Positions 1 through 19,480 of a stretch of 64,000 nucleotides of DNA are shown piece after piece. The position numbers were made by a program, and so were the translations under genes. Source of the stretch: the human T2T-CHM13v2.0 reference genome, Homo sapiens; NCBI RefSeq assembly GCF_009914755.1, contig NC_060931.1. One strand, given 5' to 3'. Each line of letters opens with the position of its first letter. The stretch's first letter is position 1. The notes under the pieces are model-generated. The model did not search any database. It saw only the letters and a list, made by a program, of their open reading frames with translations, and was not told where the DNA came from.

Positions 1-1149
1 GAGGAAGATGTGTATTGGAGCCCTAGGCAGCCATTTGGCAGTGGGGAGAATGCAAATAAGAGCCCCAAGCTTTATGTAGGGAAAGCTCCAAATGCTAGAG
101 AAAGCTTAATATGGTAAAGCACATGTGTAACTCCACAATGTGCAAATTCCAAATCACCAAGTAACATTTCTCAAAAGGACCTATTGCCCTAAGAAATAGC
201 TACATTTCTCAGCTTGTGTGCTACCTCCTTAACTTCTGTGAACTTCTTGTCATTTTAGGGTTTCTTACATGGTAATTATACCTATAGTTTGAACACAAGC
301 CTTTCAAAAAATACATCATTTGGGGGGAAATCAGTCCCAATAACAAGATGCTACTTACCAGAAGTCTAGGAACAAGGCTAATCTTAAGCAAAAAAATGTA
401 TAAGCTTTGGCTGAAGGGCAAGACTGGTCATAAAAAATAAACCTATCTCCCCTATTCAAACACCAGATGAAGCAAAGATTTTTCTTTTTTTTTCCTTTTC
501 CCCTAGAGCAGATTATAATCAATCTCAAGAAACTGAGTAGGTATTTTTATATTATCTATGTTCAGAATTTGTAGCATATGTCCAAACTTTGTGTATTTCA
601 GTTTTAAAAAGAATCTGCAGAATATAATTCTTGGCAATCAGCCAGTAAGTGCCTACACACTTTTCTAAGCACAATTAGTTGAAGCTTTTATTTTTCTTAC
701 CTTATATTGGGCTTTTTTGCACCAAAGTGATTTGACTCTGCTCAGAAATTATGAAATTATGCAATTGTAAAAACCCTTGAAATCTAAAACCAGAATTATT
801 TTTTGCACAGATAATAGATACATAGATCAAACATACATGTATACAACCCACTCCATGTGTCAAACATTTAAACTTTGTCAACCAAATCAAGGAGATCATT
901 TCCTTCTCCAATCTAAGAAATGCTGATTTCTGCTAAGCCCACACATGATTGAATCAATTATATTTTTATGAAACACAAAATACTGAAAAACACAAGGACA
1001 CAATGTAAAAAAAACTTTCATGATCTCTTACGAAAAATTTGAGCTGAAATAAAAGCACAATCTATTAACCTTATGTCAGAGTTTACATAATACCTAAGCT
1101 CAAGACCAATGATGAGTTGTAGTGTGTGGGAGCAGCACAGAATATTAGA

Positions 1150-1330
1150 AAGGCTACCTACTGTGGGACTTATGTGATTCATTTAAATTATTTAAGCCCA
1201 TTTTGCCACCTGTAAATCGGGTGATAATTTCCAGCAGGCAAAACTATTTGAGGATTAAGCTATTGTATCTGAAGCTACTGACACATAGTAAATACTCATA
1301 AATCGGGGCCATTATTATGTATTATTGTTA
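1150..1330 (+). mobile_element. MIR SINE fragment
   Basis: Degenerate MIR core and 3' end (...cacctgtaaatcgggtgataat...tgaggattaa...tgacacatagtaaatactcataaat...ttattat); boundaries approximate. Confidence 0.6.
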
Positions 1331-2323
1331 TGATTATTATTGATCTGAATTTTATTTTAAGATAATTTATTTTAGCATTGCGCTATTTCTTACTTAATGT
1401 CAGTTTATCACAGGAAAATAAATGTTCATTGTTAAGAGTCCTTGGTATGCATTACTCAATAATTAAACAGGCTACACTGTTTTCTATCAAAATGTCATAT
1501 CAAGTCTTAATACAATTGGTCAAATCATTAGCTGTCAAATTACTGTGCTGTATTAAGTGTTACTATACTTGCTTAAGTGTTTTATTTCTTATTCTGAAGG
1601 TGGTTGAAACTTTTGTTTGTGGGTCATTTACAATAAGAACCAATTAAGGGTTGCATTTTTATATTTGATTGGGCTAATTAGATTAATCAATCTGATTTAT
1701 ATTAATAGGGATAAAGCCATAATTTTTAGCTAAACCATTACATAAACAATGTGCTAAAGAATGTATATCTAAAATGCTAGAGTAGATGTCCTATAACAAG
1801 AAGAGAATAAATCTTATCCAATCTAAAGATATACCAAAGCAACCAGACTAAATAAATGGGAGATAGGGTAAACCACCTAAATAATTAAATGTTTTATTTA
1901 AATTGACTTTTTTTCTTATTTTAGTTGGTAAAATTCTGAATTCCTGAAGTGATATTGCCATATTATATATATAAATACTTTATAATTTGCTATAATTTAA
2001 AAGAATGCTTTTTCAACATTAAAACTATGACACTGCCCTATATACCATATCAGTTCAAAAATTATACATTTTAGATAACCATCCAGAGATATTTCTCTAC
2101 TTCTTGGAAAAAATACCAACATTGAAAACATCAAAAAAATTAAACAGTTCTTTTGTCCAGATGTTTTGTGTTTTTAGATAAGAAGTTTTGTTTCATTTGA
2201 ATATAAACTCAGAAGGAGATGAAAGTTAAACTTCTGATTTAACATCACAAAAATAAAAGTAAATTGGAAAAAAAAGAAGCCTCAACATCAAGTTAACTAA
2301 ACGTTTCAACTTTTACAAATGGT

Positions 2324-2349
2324 TGTGTGTGTGTGTGTGTGTGTGTGTG
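2324..2349. repeat. (TG)13 microsatellite
   Basis: Perfect TG dinucleotide run read directly. Confidence 0.97.
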
Positions 2350-3109
2350 CACATACGTATACATTTCTCTCTGTTCCCACTTCAACTATACTTAAACTAC
2401 CCAACTGTAGATACATATTTCCACTTTTTCCTTGTGCAATTTTTTAATACTTCTTGCCTTGGTTTTTTTTTCCTATGTACCCCCTGCTAGTTCAGCCCTC
2501 ACCTCAAACAGACCACCAGGTTACCCATATTACAGCTCAACTCTGCTTGTGAGCAATCTTGCCAGAGCCATCAAAGCAATTCCACACATTACAGCTTTAG
2601 CAACCTGACTCCAGAATATCTTTGCTTCCTTACATCTAACTATTTCTGAAACTGCTCTTTCTAAGCCTCTTCCTCAGCCTCTTGTTTGACTAGAAATCCT
2701 TCAAAAAAGAAAAAAAAATGAGGTGGAAATAATTTTGTGTTACCATCTCTCCTGGCTTTCCCTAATGTATGAAACTCTCGTGGGAATTAATAAATTCTAT
2801 AATGAAGGAGTCTGATTTTTTAAAATCTAGCATATTAGCATTTTCTTTACTTACTTCAAAACTGACACATTCAAACAAAACTAACATAGTCACTAGTTCT
2901 TTTTCAAAAACACTTTCTAACATTTGTTCTACAGATACACTTCAAACTGCAGATACAGAAATCCTGTTCTTAAGCTTGGTCTGTGCTCCAGGCAGATTGG
3001 ACAACTCCCATTTTCTGGTGACACCTTGTGCTTTGATGCTCTGGGCCATCTCCACTTGTCATCCGCCCCCTCCCCATCCACCCATCTATAATACCTTAGC
3101 TTCCCATCT

Positions 3110-3250
3110 CTGCCTAGTGATTTGTGTATATATCTTATTTTTTCTACTACATTGTAAGCTTTTTGAGGACCTGGTTACATTGACTTAATTTTGGAGTATC
3201 TTTCAGAATGTCTTATAGCAAAAATGTTAATATTTGTAACCTTAGTGAAT
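3110..3250 (+). mobile_element. L2 LINE 3' fragment
   Basis: ctactacattgtaagctttttgaggac resembles L2 3' consensus CTAGACTGTAAGCTCCTTGAGGGC. Confidence 0.5.
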
Positions 3251-4225
3251 TCACAGTCATGGATTACATGCAGAAGCCCTGAGGGAGGAAAGAGTATTTA
3301 AGGGGACTCTATTTGGGAAACCTATGAGGAATGGACAGTAAACTACTGTGGGGAAAAACAGAAGCTCTCTCAGCCATTATGTAGTCAAGAGAAGAACATT
3401 GTTTCTATCACTGATGGTTGGGAAGAGACTCAAATGGAACTCCTTTGCTTGCAGTGTAGAGAAAGAAGAAAAACTAACACAAGAACTACAGCTTACAGCA
3501 GGGCTCTTCAAACTATGGTACATTACTTTGAAAAAGTCAGAATTTTTAAAAAATAATTTCAAGGTCCTCAATTCCTGTATATATTCTGTCTGAAACTTTA
3601 TCTGCCTGTAGAGTCACTGAGGTGCAAGTTCTCCTTCCTCTCTCCCTCTCCCATTCGCCAGCCTTCCATGTTACAAAACAGCCCTCTCATGGTCATTGCC
3701 CCCTAAAGTGTAAATCTTCCACAGCTGCTAAGAAACAACCTTACTATTATAAATTAATAATAATAATTCAATAATTATCTGCAAAAATTTGTAATCGTTT
3801 ATATCATTTTGATCAATCATATGATAATATTTATAATATAACTCAACAGAAAAGATTAATACTTAAAGCCTTTGGTTATATAAAAAATTAATTTATAAAT
3901 AATTTTTGTTGTACAGGAGTATGATAGGGTGATCAATAAAAATCCTGCAAACATAAAATTACATTACATTGGGACAAAAATTTTTGCAGAAAGTGGAATG
4001 GGAGTATAAATTTGAGGGAAAATAAAGAATAATGTAAATGTTTCAATTATTACATTAGATTTTACATATATGTATACGTACACATATATACATAAATCCA
4101 CATATATAAATATTTTAGACAGATGATGGTTATCAAACTACTTATGCATTTTTTTGGTATTTCTTTGAATACATGTAAAACAATAATGGAAAATTTTACC
4201 TCTTGCTGTCAGTATTTATAATATA

Positions 4226-4540
4226 CTGTCAGCCCTCTGTATCTGTGACTTCATATCCACGGACCCAACCAATTGTGGATCAAAATATTAAAAATAAAAA
4301 ATAACAATATGGCAATAAAAATAATACAAATAAAAAATATAGTATAGCAACTATTTACATAGTATTTACATTGTTTTAGATATTACATGTGGTCTAGAGA
4401 TGACTTAAAATATACAGGAGAATATGCAAAAGTCATATGCAAATACAACACCATTTCATATAAGGGACTTGAGCAGCTGTGGATTTTGGTATCCAAGGGG
4501 GTCCTGGAACCAATCCCTGATGGATACTGAGAGAAGACCA
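4226..4540. mobile_element. MER2 (TcMar-Tigger MITE)
   Basis: Ends ctgtcagccctctgtatctgtg / ggatactgagagaagacca resemble MER2 TIRs; internal ggattttggtatccaagggggtcctggaaccaatccc; TA on both sides (4224-4225, 4541-4542). Confidence 0.85.
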
Positions 4541-6049
4541 TACTGAACTTAACATACTTTCTCATTATTTTCAATTTTTTTCAATTTATTATAAAATATG
4601 AAGATCTAAAATGTGTAAAGGGTAACTTTTTTAAAAATTAGTTTTAGAGATACATGGCCAAAAAAAAACAAGGCTACAAGGAAGAGGCTTGAGGCTACTG
4701 GCTACTACCGTACTCCTAGATTGCAAAATTGAATAAAATTAGCAGTTATTACTTGTGGGCACACATATATGCACACATTCTCCTTTTTATTGCATTTAAC
4801 TCCCCTCCTTTGCCTATCTCCTCCACCAGCTCCATCTCTGACATCTGATGATTTGATCCAAGAGTTTCATTCTCTGGCAAGAATCTAAGATCAAAACAAT
4901 GACCTGTGGGTATCGCCCTCTTCCTACCCTAGACTGAGCCCCATTCAGTAACTAAAGGATACAGCGGAGAATGGAGGCTCCCAAGGAAGTGGTAGCCAGG
5001 GCATCAACCAAGAGGGGAAGGCACAGGGAGGAATATAGCTTAAACTCTTCAAAACAATATAAATTATTACAAATTTTCACAGATAATTATTGAATTATTA
5101 TTATTAATTTATAATAGTAAAGTTATTCCTTAGCTGCTGTGAAGGATTTACACTTGAGGGGCAAAGTACAAAGTCTTTGAGAGTACAAGGCTTTTTGAAT
5201 AAGGATGGCCCTTTTAGAAGCTGAGCAGTCCTAGAGACAAGGCTGTGACTCCACACAGTCTGAAAGATGGAGCAGTCGGCTGTGTAAACAGGTGCAGTGG
5301 AACACTGATGGAGAGTGGGGCTGAGAGCCAGAAGACATGATAGTGTGGCCTTGGGACCAATGCCTGTGTTCCTTGACCCTCACTGTCTCAGGCTGAAGAC
5401 CACTATGGTTGTATGGCCCACACTTACATCTTTTGTTCCAGGAGTTTTTAAAACCCCTTTTAGAATTGCTTGTATGCTGTCCTCTTCAATCCTGGTGTTA
5501 AAATCACAGAAAAGACTAAGGAAATATTTACTTAATTAAGGTTTAAACGTGCACAATTGAGGGAAAAAATAGCTCGAGATGCTAAAATTTTTCATGTTGA
5601 TTTTCCACATTAATCAAATTCTGAAAATAATTACTTAATCTTCCACTTCATTTACCTATGTAGATCAGGCTGCCTCCACCTGAGGGGAAAACACCAGATC
5701 GTGACATTTTCAGAGCTATTTTCAGACCACAGAAAGGCAGATCCAGTCCTGCCAAGGGCCATCATGGGCAGGAACAATGGGAGGTGTGGCCCAAATGTTT
5801 ATTAGCATCGAAGTATGTCGGTAACAATGCTGTTCTCTCTTCCCACACATAGATACACATATTTTCATACACTTGCCAAGGTGCAAATTCACTTAAGATG
5901 GTTGATGCTATTTCTCCAGGACAATCACCAAGAAAGTAAGCTTTAGCAATTTATTTCTGACCAAATAAAATTTTCTGATGTTCCTTTGGATGAATGTTTG
6001 TCCATATCTGGGAACTGTGTGCTGTGACTTGGAGAAATGATCACTCCCT

Positions 6050-6185
6050 TAGAGTCAGATGACCTCAATTCTAACCACGCTCTACCATTTATGATTTGTG
6101 TGACCTTAGCAGGTTCATACTTCCTCATAAAGTGAAGATAGTATCTGCCTCAAGAGGTTGTTAAATAAGAATATAAGTAAAATTG
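6050..6185 (+). mobile_element. MIR fragment
   Basis: agagtcagatgacct...ctctaccattt...tgtgtgacctt...ttcctcat..aaagtgaagatagta..gcctca..aggttgtt. Confidence 0.65.
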
Positions 6186-6724
6186 AAGTCAATGTTAATT
6201 TTCTTCCTTTCTTTTTGACACTGGAAAAGTATTATCACAGCATAAAATGTGTGGCTTTGAATTGGTCTCCACCTGAAAGCAAAAAGACAATGAAATGAAA
6301 GTGAAACACACAACAGTAAGAACATTTTTGTAGGTTCAGCAAAAAGATTAATATTAGAAAAAGCAAAAAACTGCAAATTATATGAATCTAGGTTAATTGT
6401 TCAGGAGCTTTTTTGCGTTGCAGTGAGCAGTTAAAACAAATCACTTTCATTCATGAATATTAAAATAAATACATTTAGCCTAAATAGATCTCCCAACATA
6501 AATAAATGAGTCATATAATAAGTCACATGATATTTTTTTTTTAAATGAAAGAATACCAAGACGATGATTTGGTTTTAAGGAACTAGTTTTATTTTTTATT
6601 TTTGGAAAGCAACTAAAGACTATTAGAAACACCAGTAGAAAGTATTTTGTGTAATTATAATGATGATGATAATTATCTGGTGATAATTAGCTAAGACTTA
6701 TTGATACAAATTAAGTTCCAGGTA

Positions 6725-6900
6725 CTAACTGAGTACTTAATATGTTACAGGCATTGGTGGAAAGGTTTTATATATATTAACTCCTTTCAGCCTCATAACA
6801 ATCCTATATAATAATAAGTTATTATTATTATAGTTATTTTTAATTATTCCCACTGTAAGGATGAAGAGTTTAAGGTACAGAAAGTTCCCCTAGCTAGAAC
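6725..6900 (-). mobile_element. MIR fragment
   Basis: tgagtactta..atgttacaggcat...cctcataacaatcctat...attcccactgtaaggatgaaga...aaggtacagaaagtt matches the MIR reverse complement. Confidence 0.65.
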
Positions 6901-7148
6901 TGTGAGGACCTAGGAAGCAACACAAGAATACGCATGCTTAAAACACTAGCCAGTAATACTACCAGAAATCGTCTGTGACACCTGAGTCTGCCAAAGGAGT
7001 TGTTCCTTCTGATTCTCTTCTCACTTCATGTCCCCATGGAGCTGATATAAGCACAAATCTTCTGTTAGAGCCATGAAAAGGAGCATATTCTGCCTAAAAT
7101 CACTTTTATTAGCGCTAGTTTAGGTACCCTTTTAGCAGTACAATTTGA

Positions 7149-7198
7149 GATAGATAGACAGACAGACGGACAGACAGACAGACAGATAGATAGATAGA
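7149..7198. repeat. Compound tetranucleotide STR (GATA)2(GACA)2GACG(GACA)4(GATA)3
   Basis: Read directly; abuts the AluY tail. Confidence 0.95.
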
Positions 7199-7497
7199 GT
7201 TTGTTTGTTTGTTTTTGAGACGGAGTCTCGCTCTGTCGCCCAGGCTGGAGTGCAGTGGCGCCATCTCGGCTCACTGCAAGCTCCGCCTCCCGGATTCATG
7301 CCATTCTCCTGCCTCAGCCTCCTGAGTATCTGGGACTACAGGCGCCCGCCACCACGCCCGGCTAATTTTTTGTATTTTTAGTTGAGACGGGGTTTCACTG
7401 TGGTAGCCAGGATGGTCTCGATCTCCTGACCTCCTGATCTGCCCGCCTCAGCCTCCCAAAGCGCTGGGATTACAGGCATGAGCCACCGTGCCCAGCC
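7199..7497 (-). mobile_element. AluY, full length, (GTTT)n-converted tail
   Basis: Full dimer; AluY diagnostics ctgcaagctccgcctcc, gccattctcc, agccaggatggtctcgatctcc; many CpGs retained. Confidence 0.93.
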
Positions 7498-8264
7498 ATA
7501 TATATATATTTTTTAATATATATTTTTTAAAAACACTGGGAAGATTTTTCTTATTGATAAGAAAGACAATGTCAAAGAAATACCAATATAATTGAAAAAT
7601 TTTTAAATGTTCTATTTTTATTTTATTATCTTAAACAAACCCTTTAGCATGTTATAAATTACATGTTATAATAATAGGTTCCCATTTACTAAGTCAATAC
7701 ACATAACAGGAACAATTTTCTGTAATACACAAGACATGAAAAGGTAAATATGTCATTAGTAAAGTTCTGGCTTTATTATTATTATTAATTATTATTATTT
7801 TCATTTCAGAATTTGTGAGACTTTTCTCAGGAATTATCTTCTGTTAAAGAAAGCAAATCCTATGGCCATGGGCAAAACAATCATTTCTAATCCCTGCCTA
7901 GGATTTCAACATGATCATCAGATACTCAGTGACACTTTGAAAATTCAGCTTGCATGAGTGTCAAATTTCTACACTAGTGCCTGGGAGTCCTCTCTAACTT
8001 GTAAAACTATTCATGGGTCTCAAGCTATCATATAATACTCATACCTTTGTAGAAAGGGAGTGCAAAAGTTAATTAGTTTTAGCTAGAGGAATTAAAAGAA
8101 TACATTATCCCTCTTTCAAGGAACCAACTCAAATCTAATAAAACAATGCATAACAATGGTAATAAAGCAACAACCAAATGAGCACTATTTAACGTAATAA
8201 ACACTCTTTGGACATAGCCTAAAATTCATACAGTGTCTACTTCACATCTATAACAGATTCAGAA

Positions 8265-8385
8265 TTCTTTCAGTCATCAAGCAATTTGGGGTGCCTGCCA
8301 TGTGAGAGCAATGTGATAGGCACCAGGATGAAGTGGAGAGTCAACAGACACAGTCTCTAACCTTGTGAAGCTTATGGTCTTTGTC
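8265..8385 (-). mobile_element. L2 3' fragment
   Basis: gtgcctgccatgtg...tgtgataggcaccaggat...acagacacagtctct..cttgtgaagcttatggtct matches the reverse complement of the L2 3' end. Confidence 0.65.
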
Positions 8386-9052
8386 TATTCATACTGACAG
8401 ACTGGATTCTATGTGGAGACCAAGGAATGACAGACTGTGGTGACAGGAAGGAGTGAAGTGGGAGAAAAAGAAATAGAAAAAGATGATCAGGAAAAAGTGA
8501 GAGTGAGATCATGGAATACATTTGACAATGAGAAAGAGAAAAATGCCTCCAAATAATCAAGAATAGCTGGCATTGCCCTATCATTGATCTAAAAGTAGCT
8601 TTCTTATAACTTTTTCATAATACCAAAACATTTCCATTATTAGAGCAGTCTTCATGAGAAGCCTAACTTTATATTCTTAGATTAATATTTATAGTTTCTA
8701 AGGCAAATAGTAAGTTCCCATATTTTATTATATTATCTTTCTTTTTCATTAAAACTAATATGCTACAGAGATCAACATCTAACAATGAAGTGATAAAAAG
8801 TGAAAAGTAAATGTCAGATCCTTATGTGGCCATAATAGCTTAATGACTCATATTGTAACACAAAGTATAAAGATACAATATATACAGCATATATGTATTT
8901 TAATTAATGCAATATCACCTAAATTATGTTTTAGGAAATTATTAGAAGCAGGAATAAATAAGATTAACTGTTATATAACTATATAATTTATTTCTAAAAT
9001 GATAGTTTTTAATATTAAGTAGGTAGATAGTATATATAGTACACAATTATGT

Positions 9053-15432
<6,380 letters not shown>

Positions 15433-15801
15433 AATTATGTATTATATACCACACATATTTAATAGCAAAAGCCATTATTATTTATAAAAACCCTTTTTCA
15501 GTCATTAGATGGCTGTGTCATTTAACTCACTGAAATTTTCAAACATCTTTATTTTATTAAGATTGCATTCCAGCATATATAATATTCCCTACATTCCTTT
15601 ATAACTCTTCTATCCTTAATTAAAAATAATTTTTCTTCCTATTATTCATTTTAAGGTAACTATTTTATAAAATTAAACTTAAAGCTCTGTCTCAGCTAAA
15701 AATGTGTACATTCTTTTCTTTAACAATAATTATGAAAACTGACCTAAGGAATGTTCTTTATACAAGGGAAAGTAGTTATAGCACAAGGTCAGTATCTCTT
15801 G

Positions 15802-15962
15802 TGTGGTATCAAAGATGATTTAAATAGGATCCCTTGGCAATGGATAACTTCTTGTAAAGTTGTGGTATCAAAGATGATTTAAATAGGATCCCCTAGAAAT
15901 GGATAACTTTAAATCAAAGATGATTTAAAGAGGATTCCCTAGCAATGGATAACTTCATGTAA
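15802..15962. repeat. Three-copy tandem repeat, 59/52-bp period
   Basis: Core atcaaagatgatttaaa(t/g)aggat.cc.t.g.aatggataactt starts at 15808, 15867 and 15913. Confidence 0.95.
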
Positions 15963-16240
15963 CATCAGTGCTGGAAATTCACTGGTGAATGAAACACGTG
16001 ATCATCAGCATGTTATAAAGAGTGCAGCCTGATGAGAGGAAAAGCAATATCAAGAGCACATCTCTGTGTTTAAGGCATTGTAGAAAGAACAGAAATTATT
16101 ATTCAAGAATTATTCCACCTCCAGTCTATAACATGCTATATGTAGCTTATGAAACATTTCACATAAGATATGACTTTGGTTTTATGTCTTAAGTTAATGT
16201 GAAGTTGGTGTCATTCTAAACCTGTTTTGTTAGGTAGTTA

Positions 16241-16403
16241 CCATATTTCTAAGATGACACTGGTTACAAGATGTATTTATGTTCTACTTAGAATGAAAAA
16301 ATACTGCCAATTAAAGATGACACAGTCTCATTAATAAGATACATCTCATTTTTAGAAATGTTATAGTATGAAAAACGTGCATCTTGGAATTAGTGAAATC
16401 CAA
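16241..16403. mobile_element. MER104 (TcMar-Tc2 MITE)
   Basis: ccatattt...aaaaaatactgccaattaaagatgacac...gtgcatcttggaattagtgaaat; TA-flanked. Confidence 0.65.
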
Positions 16404-18898
16404 TAAAGAAAATCTCACTCTAATCTCCCCCAGTCTAGCCTTTTCATCATTAATGTTTCCCCAGCGTCCTAAATTGGTTCATATCCCATACAAAGTGTCA
16501 GAATGGTGACTTCCTTACAGCAAGCCTTCTTTACTAAATCCTGAAGAGCCTGTCCCTCTTTTTGTGATAGATCAACAAAGCCATTTAAGAGAGTGTCCTT
16601 AATCATATCTCTATGCCCTTTCCATGACTGTTCCCAATGCCTATAGCACAGATCTATACAACTCCTGAGACTAAGGAAGTTCATGGCTTTCTAAAGCGCT
16701 TCCTGACAAATGTCTTCTTACAGTGTTACCTGCCTACTGGACTGTTGTCACAAAGGTAATGCTGGAATGATTGACATAAAGTGAAGAAAACAAGTAACTT
16801 TACTGGAAATGAAGAATACAAGAACATACTGCATGAAGTAAAGGGAAGCAAAGCAGGAACTATAAGCTTCCTAGGTTCTCAAGGCTCCACAATGCCCCTT
16901 GCTGACAATGTTATCACCTGGTTGGAGTAAAGATTTTGCTTTAGGATTCTCAATACCTGCCTATTCTTCCACCTACCTCCAACTATGCTAAAGGCCCTGG
17001 ATATTTGACACCTGCTTGACCAAAATGTGCAGTAACCGATACAACTCCAGCACATTCCTAATTGCTGCAAGACCAAGTGAAACTATTCAATTCCCCAGAC
17101 ATAAAAACCATCAACCAGACAATATTTCGAGCTAGAAATAGGTACTTTATCACTGTATACATTTTATTTCCCATTCTGTTTGGGTTCTGTTTATTTATTT
17201 GGGGAGTTATTGGGTTTTTTTTCCTTTTTGAGAAAAAAGAGCACCTTTTATCTTGAGTGTTGTCAGAAAAAGTCTTTCTTACCAAATGGGCATCAGAGAC
17301 TTTGTTACATCCAAAATAACAAAAGCAGACATTGTCCTGTCTACAGCAACACAGGGAATTAATATTTCAATGTCTAACCATTTTAAGTCTACTTACAAGT
17401 GGAATAATCTAGAGTTCACTGTGCAGAGTACATTGGATGTTAGAGTTTTTTATTCCTTAGGTAGAACTTTCTGACATTCTAATGGTCCTTTGTTAAAGAG
17501 AGAGAAAAAGTGGCCATTTTCAATCACAGAAAGTTCAATTCCAGCACCTACCAAGAGACATCTGTAAAGGGACTGGTGAGAGGAAAACATTTTTCACAAT
17601 GAATGGATGCTGCCTCTGAGTTCTTTCAGTTCAGTTCTCACATCAAGAAAACTAATCATTAGGGATAAATGCCTATGCTGTATTATTTTTAGCTCTTTTG
17701 AGGAGAAACCTATTATTTCTTTCACTCCCTGCATGAGGCAGAAAGTATTCTCTTAAGGTCTCATAACATAAACAATTCTGATGATTTTCATATTGTAAGG
17801 AAACATCCTATATTTTATTGTAAACGGAGGCTAAATTATTAAGCATAAGAGTAAAAAATTATTTCAACCTTTGAAAATTCTACTTTGGTTACAGATAAGA
17901 CCGGCTACAACCTACTTCAACTTGCAGTGCCTGGGAATGGTCCTGACAGGATTCTGGCACAGTTAGGGTTAGAACCCATTTCTGTATGAGGTACTGTGGT
18001 AGAGTGGGGTGATTGTTGTAGAGTGGGGGCAGAGATATTCTGACTTTCCACCCACGTGACCCTGGGGGAGTCAGCACCAACTAAACTACATGGCATGGGT
18101 TTCTCAAGCAAAAAGGAGAAAACTAATATTAGAAAGGGTGTGGGAGAAGCATAAATAATAGAGATTCCCTTCAAAGATATTTTTTTGGTGATGTGGATCC
18201 ATCATCGACCCAAAAATTCTTGCTTGTCACTTGGGATTCATTCATTTACTGAAAGTTCCTGACAAAAGGCAGTATGATAATACCTCCCTGTTCACTGTCG
18301 TTACAGTCAGTATGGCCTCCATACATCACCTGAGATAGGGGTATACCACAATCACCCAACCATTCAGAGATCAGCAACCTCCACCTTATCTCACATGCAA
18401 CGTTGGCTTAATACTTCTAAATGGTTATCAACTCCTGATCTGTGACATAAACATATAGCAATGTATTAACTACTGTTGACTAATTGTTCTTAAATAACAA
18501 ATGAAGTGAAACCTATTTACTATGACTTAGGTGTTGACTCAGACCTGTTTTATGCACTCCTACTACTTTCAATTATTTCAAAAAAAATTTAGACCATCCT
18601 TTATACTTGGATTCTGAGAATGTTTTTAATTTTTGCCTTAGTTAAAAAGGTATTTATGATACACTGAGAATTACTTGATATACCAAAAATATTTAAGATT
18701 CATAGGAATATATCATTTGCTTGTCTTCTACAAAATCTTTCCTAGTTATATGTAGATTAAATATGGTTTAACAAAAGCTATTTAAAACTATCATTGGGAA
18801 ATAATTAGCTATAAATAAGAAAACACTGTAAATTAACACAGTTTCTAAATGAGATTAATTATTATTAATGGACTTCTCATTTGGAAGTTCAAATCCAA

Positions 18899-18991
18899 TT
18901 TATATAACTTCTTGACTAAATGTTATTTACTTTTGATATAAGAAAGCTTTTATATAACTCCTTGACTAAATATGTTATTTAGCTTTGATAT
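18899..18991. repeat. Imperfect 50-bp-period direct duplication
   Basis: tttatataact(t/c)cttgactaaa(ta)tgttattta..tttgatat occurs twice. Confidence 0.9.
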
Positions 18992-19064
18992 TTTCACATT
19001 GATCCAGCTTTAAGGATTATAGTTTACACTTCGAACAATTAAAACTGCCAGATATTTTATCCTG

Positions 19065-19480
19065 CATTTGGCAATTATGAGTAGAGTGACTATAAACATT
19101 TGTGTTTATGTTTTTGTGTAGACATAAGTTTTAAATTCCTTTGGATATACATCAAGAAGCACAACCGGGGTAACAGTATGTTTAGTTTTGAAAGAAACTA
19201 CAAAACTGTCTTCCAAAGTGGTGCACCATTTTGCATTTGCAATAGCAATAAATGAGAGTTCCTGTTGCTCCATGATTTCAGCAGAATTTAGTGTCAGCAT
19301 ACTAAATTTTGGGCATCCTAACAGGTATGTAGTGGTCATATGTTTCTTTTTAATTTGCAGTCCTTGATGACACATGAGGTTGAATATCATTTCATGAACT
19401 CGCTTGCCATCTGTATATCTTCTTTGGTAGGAGGTCTGTTCAGATCTTTGGTTCATTTTTAAAATTTGGTTGTTTATTTT
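19065..19480 (-). mobile_element. Old L1 (L1MC-type) ORF2-end/3'UTR fragment
   Basis: tgtcttccaaagtggtgcaccattttgcatt...atgagagttcctgttgctcca; ORF 19106..19510 ends in L1-like YPKEFKTYVYTKT. Confidence 0.8.

Noticed and set aside
701-783. Minus-strand coding exon (donor AAG|GTAAGA near 700)
   Set aside because: Weak pyrimidine tract and stops in all three frames
2769-3188. 139-aa ORF
   Set aside because: Low-complexity composition, 3' part overlaps an L2 remnant, no known domain
15802-15962. Repeat as a mini CRISPR-like array
   Set aside because: Primate DNA; units are contiguous, with only 3-16 nt between cores and no unique spacers or cas genes
16469-16684. 71-aa minus-strand ORF as a coding exon or processed pseudogene
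   Set aside because: In-frame stop just upstream, no recognisable family, no poly-A or TSD
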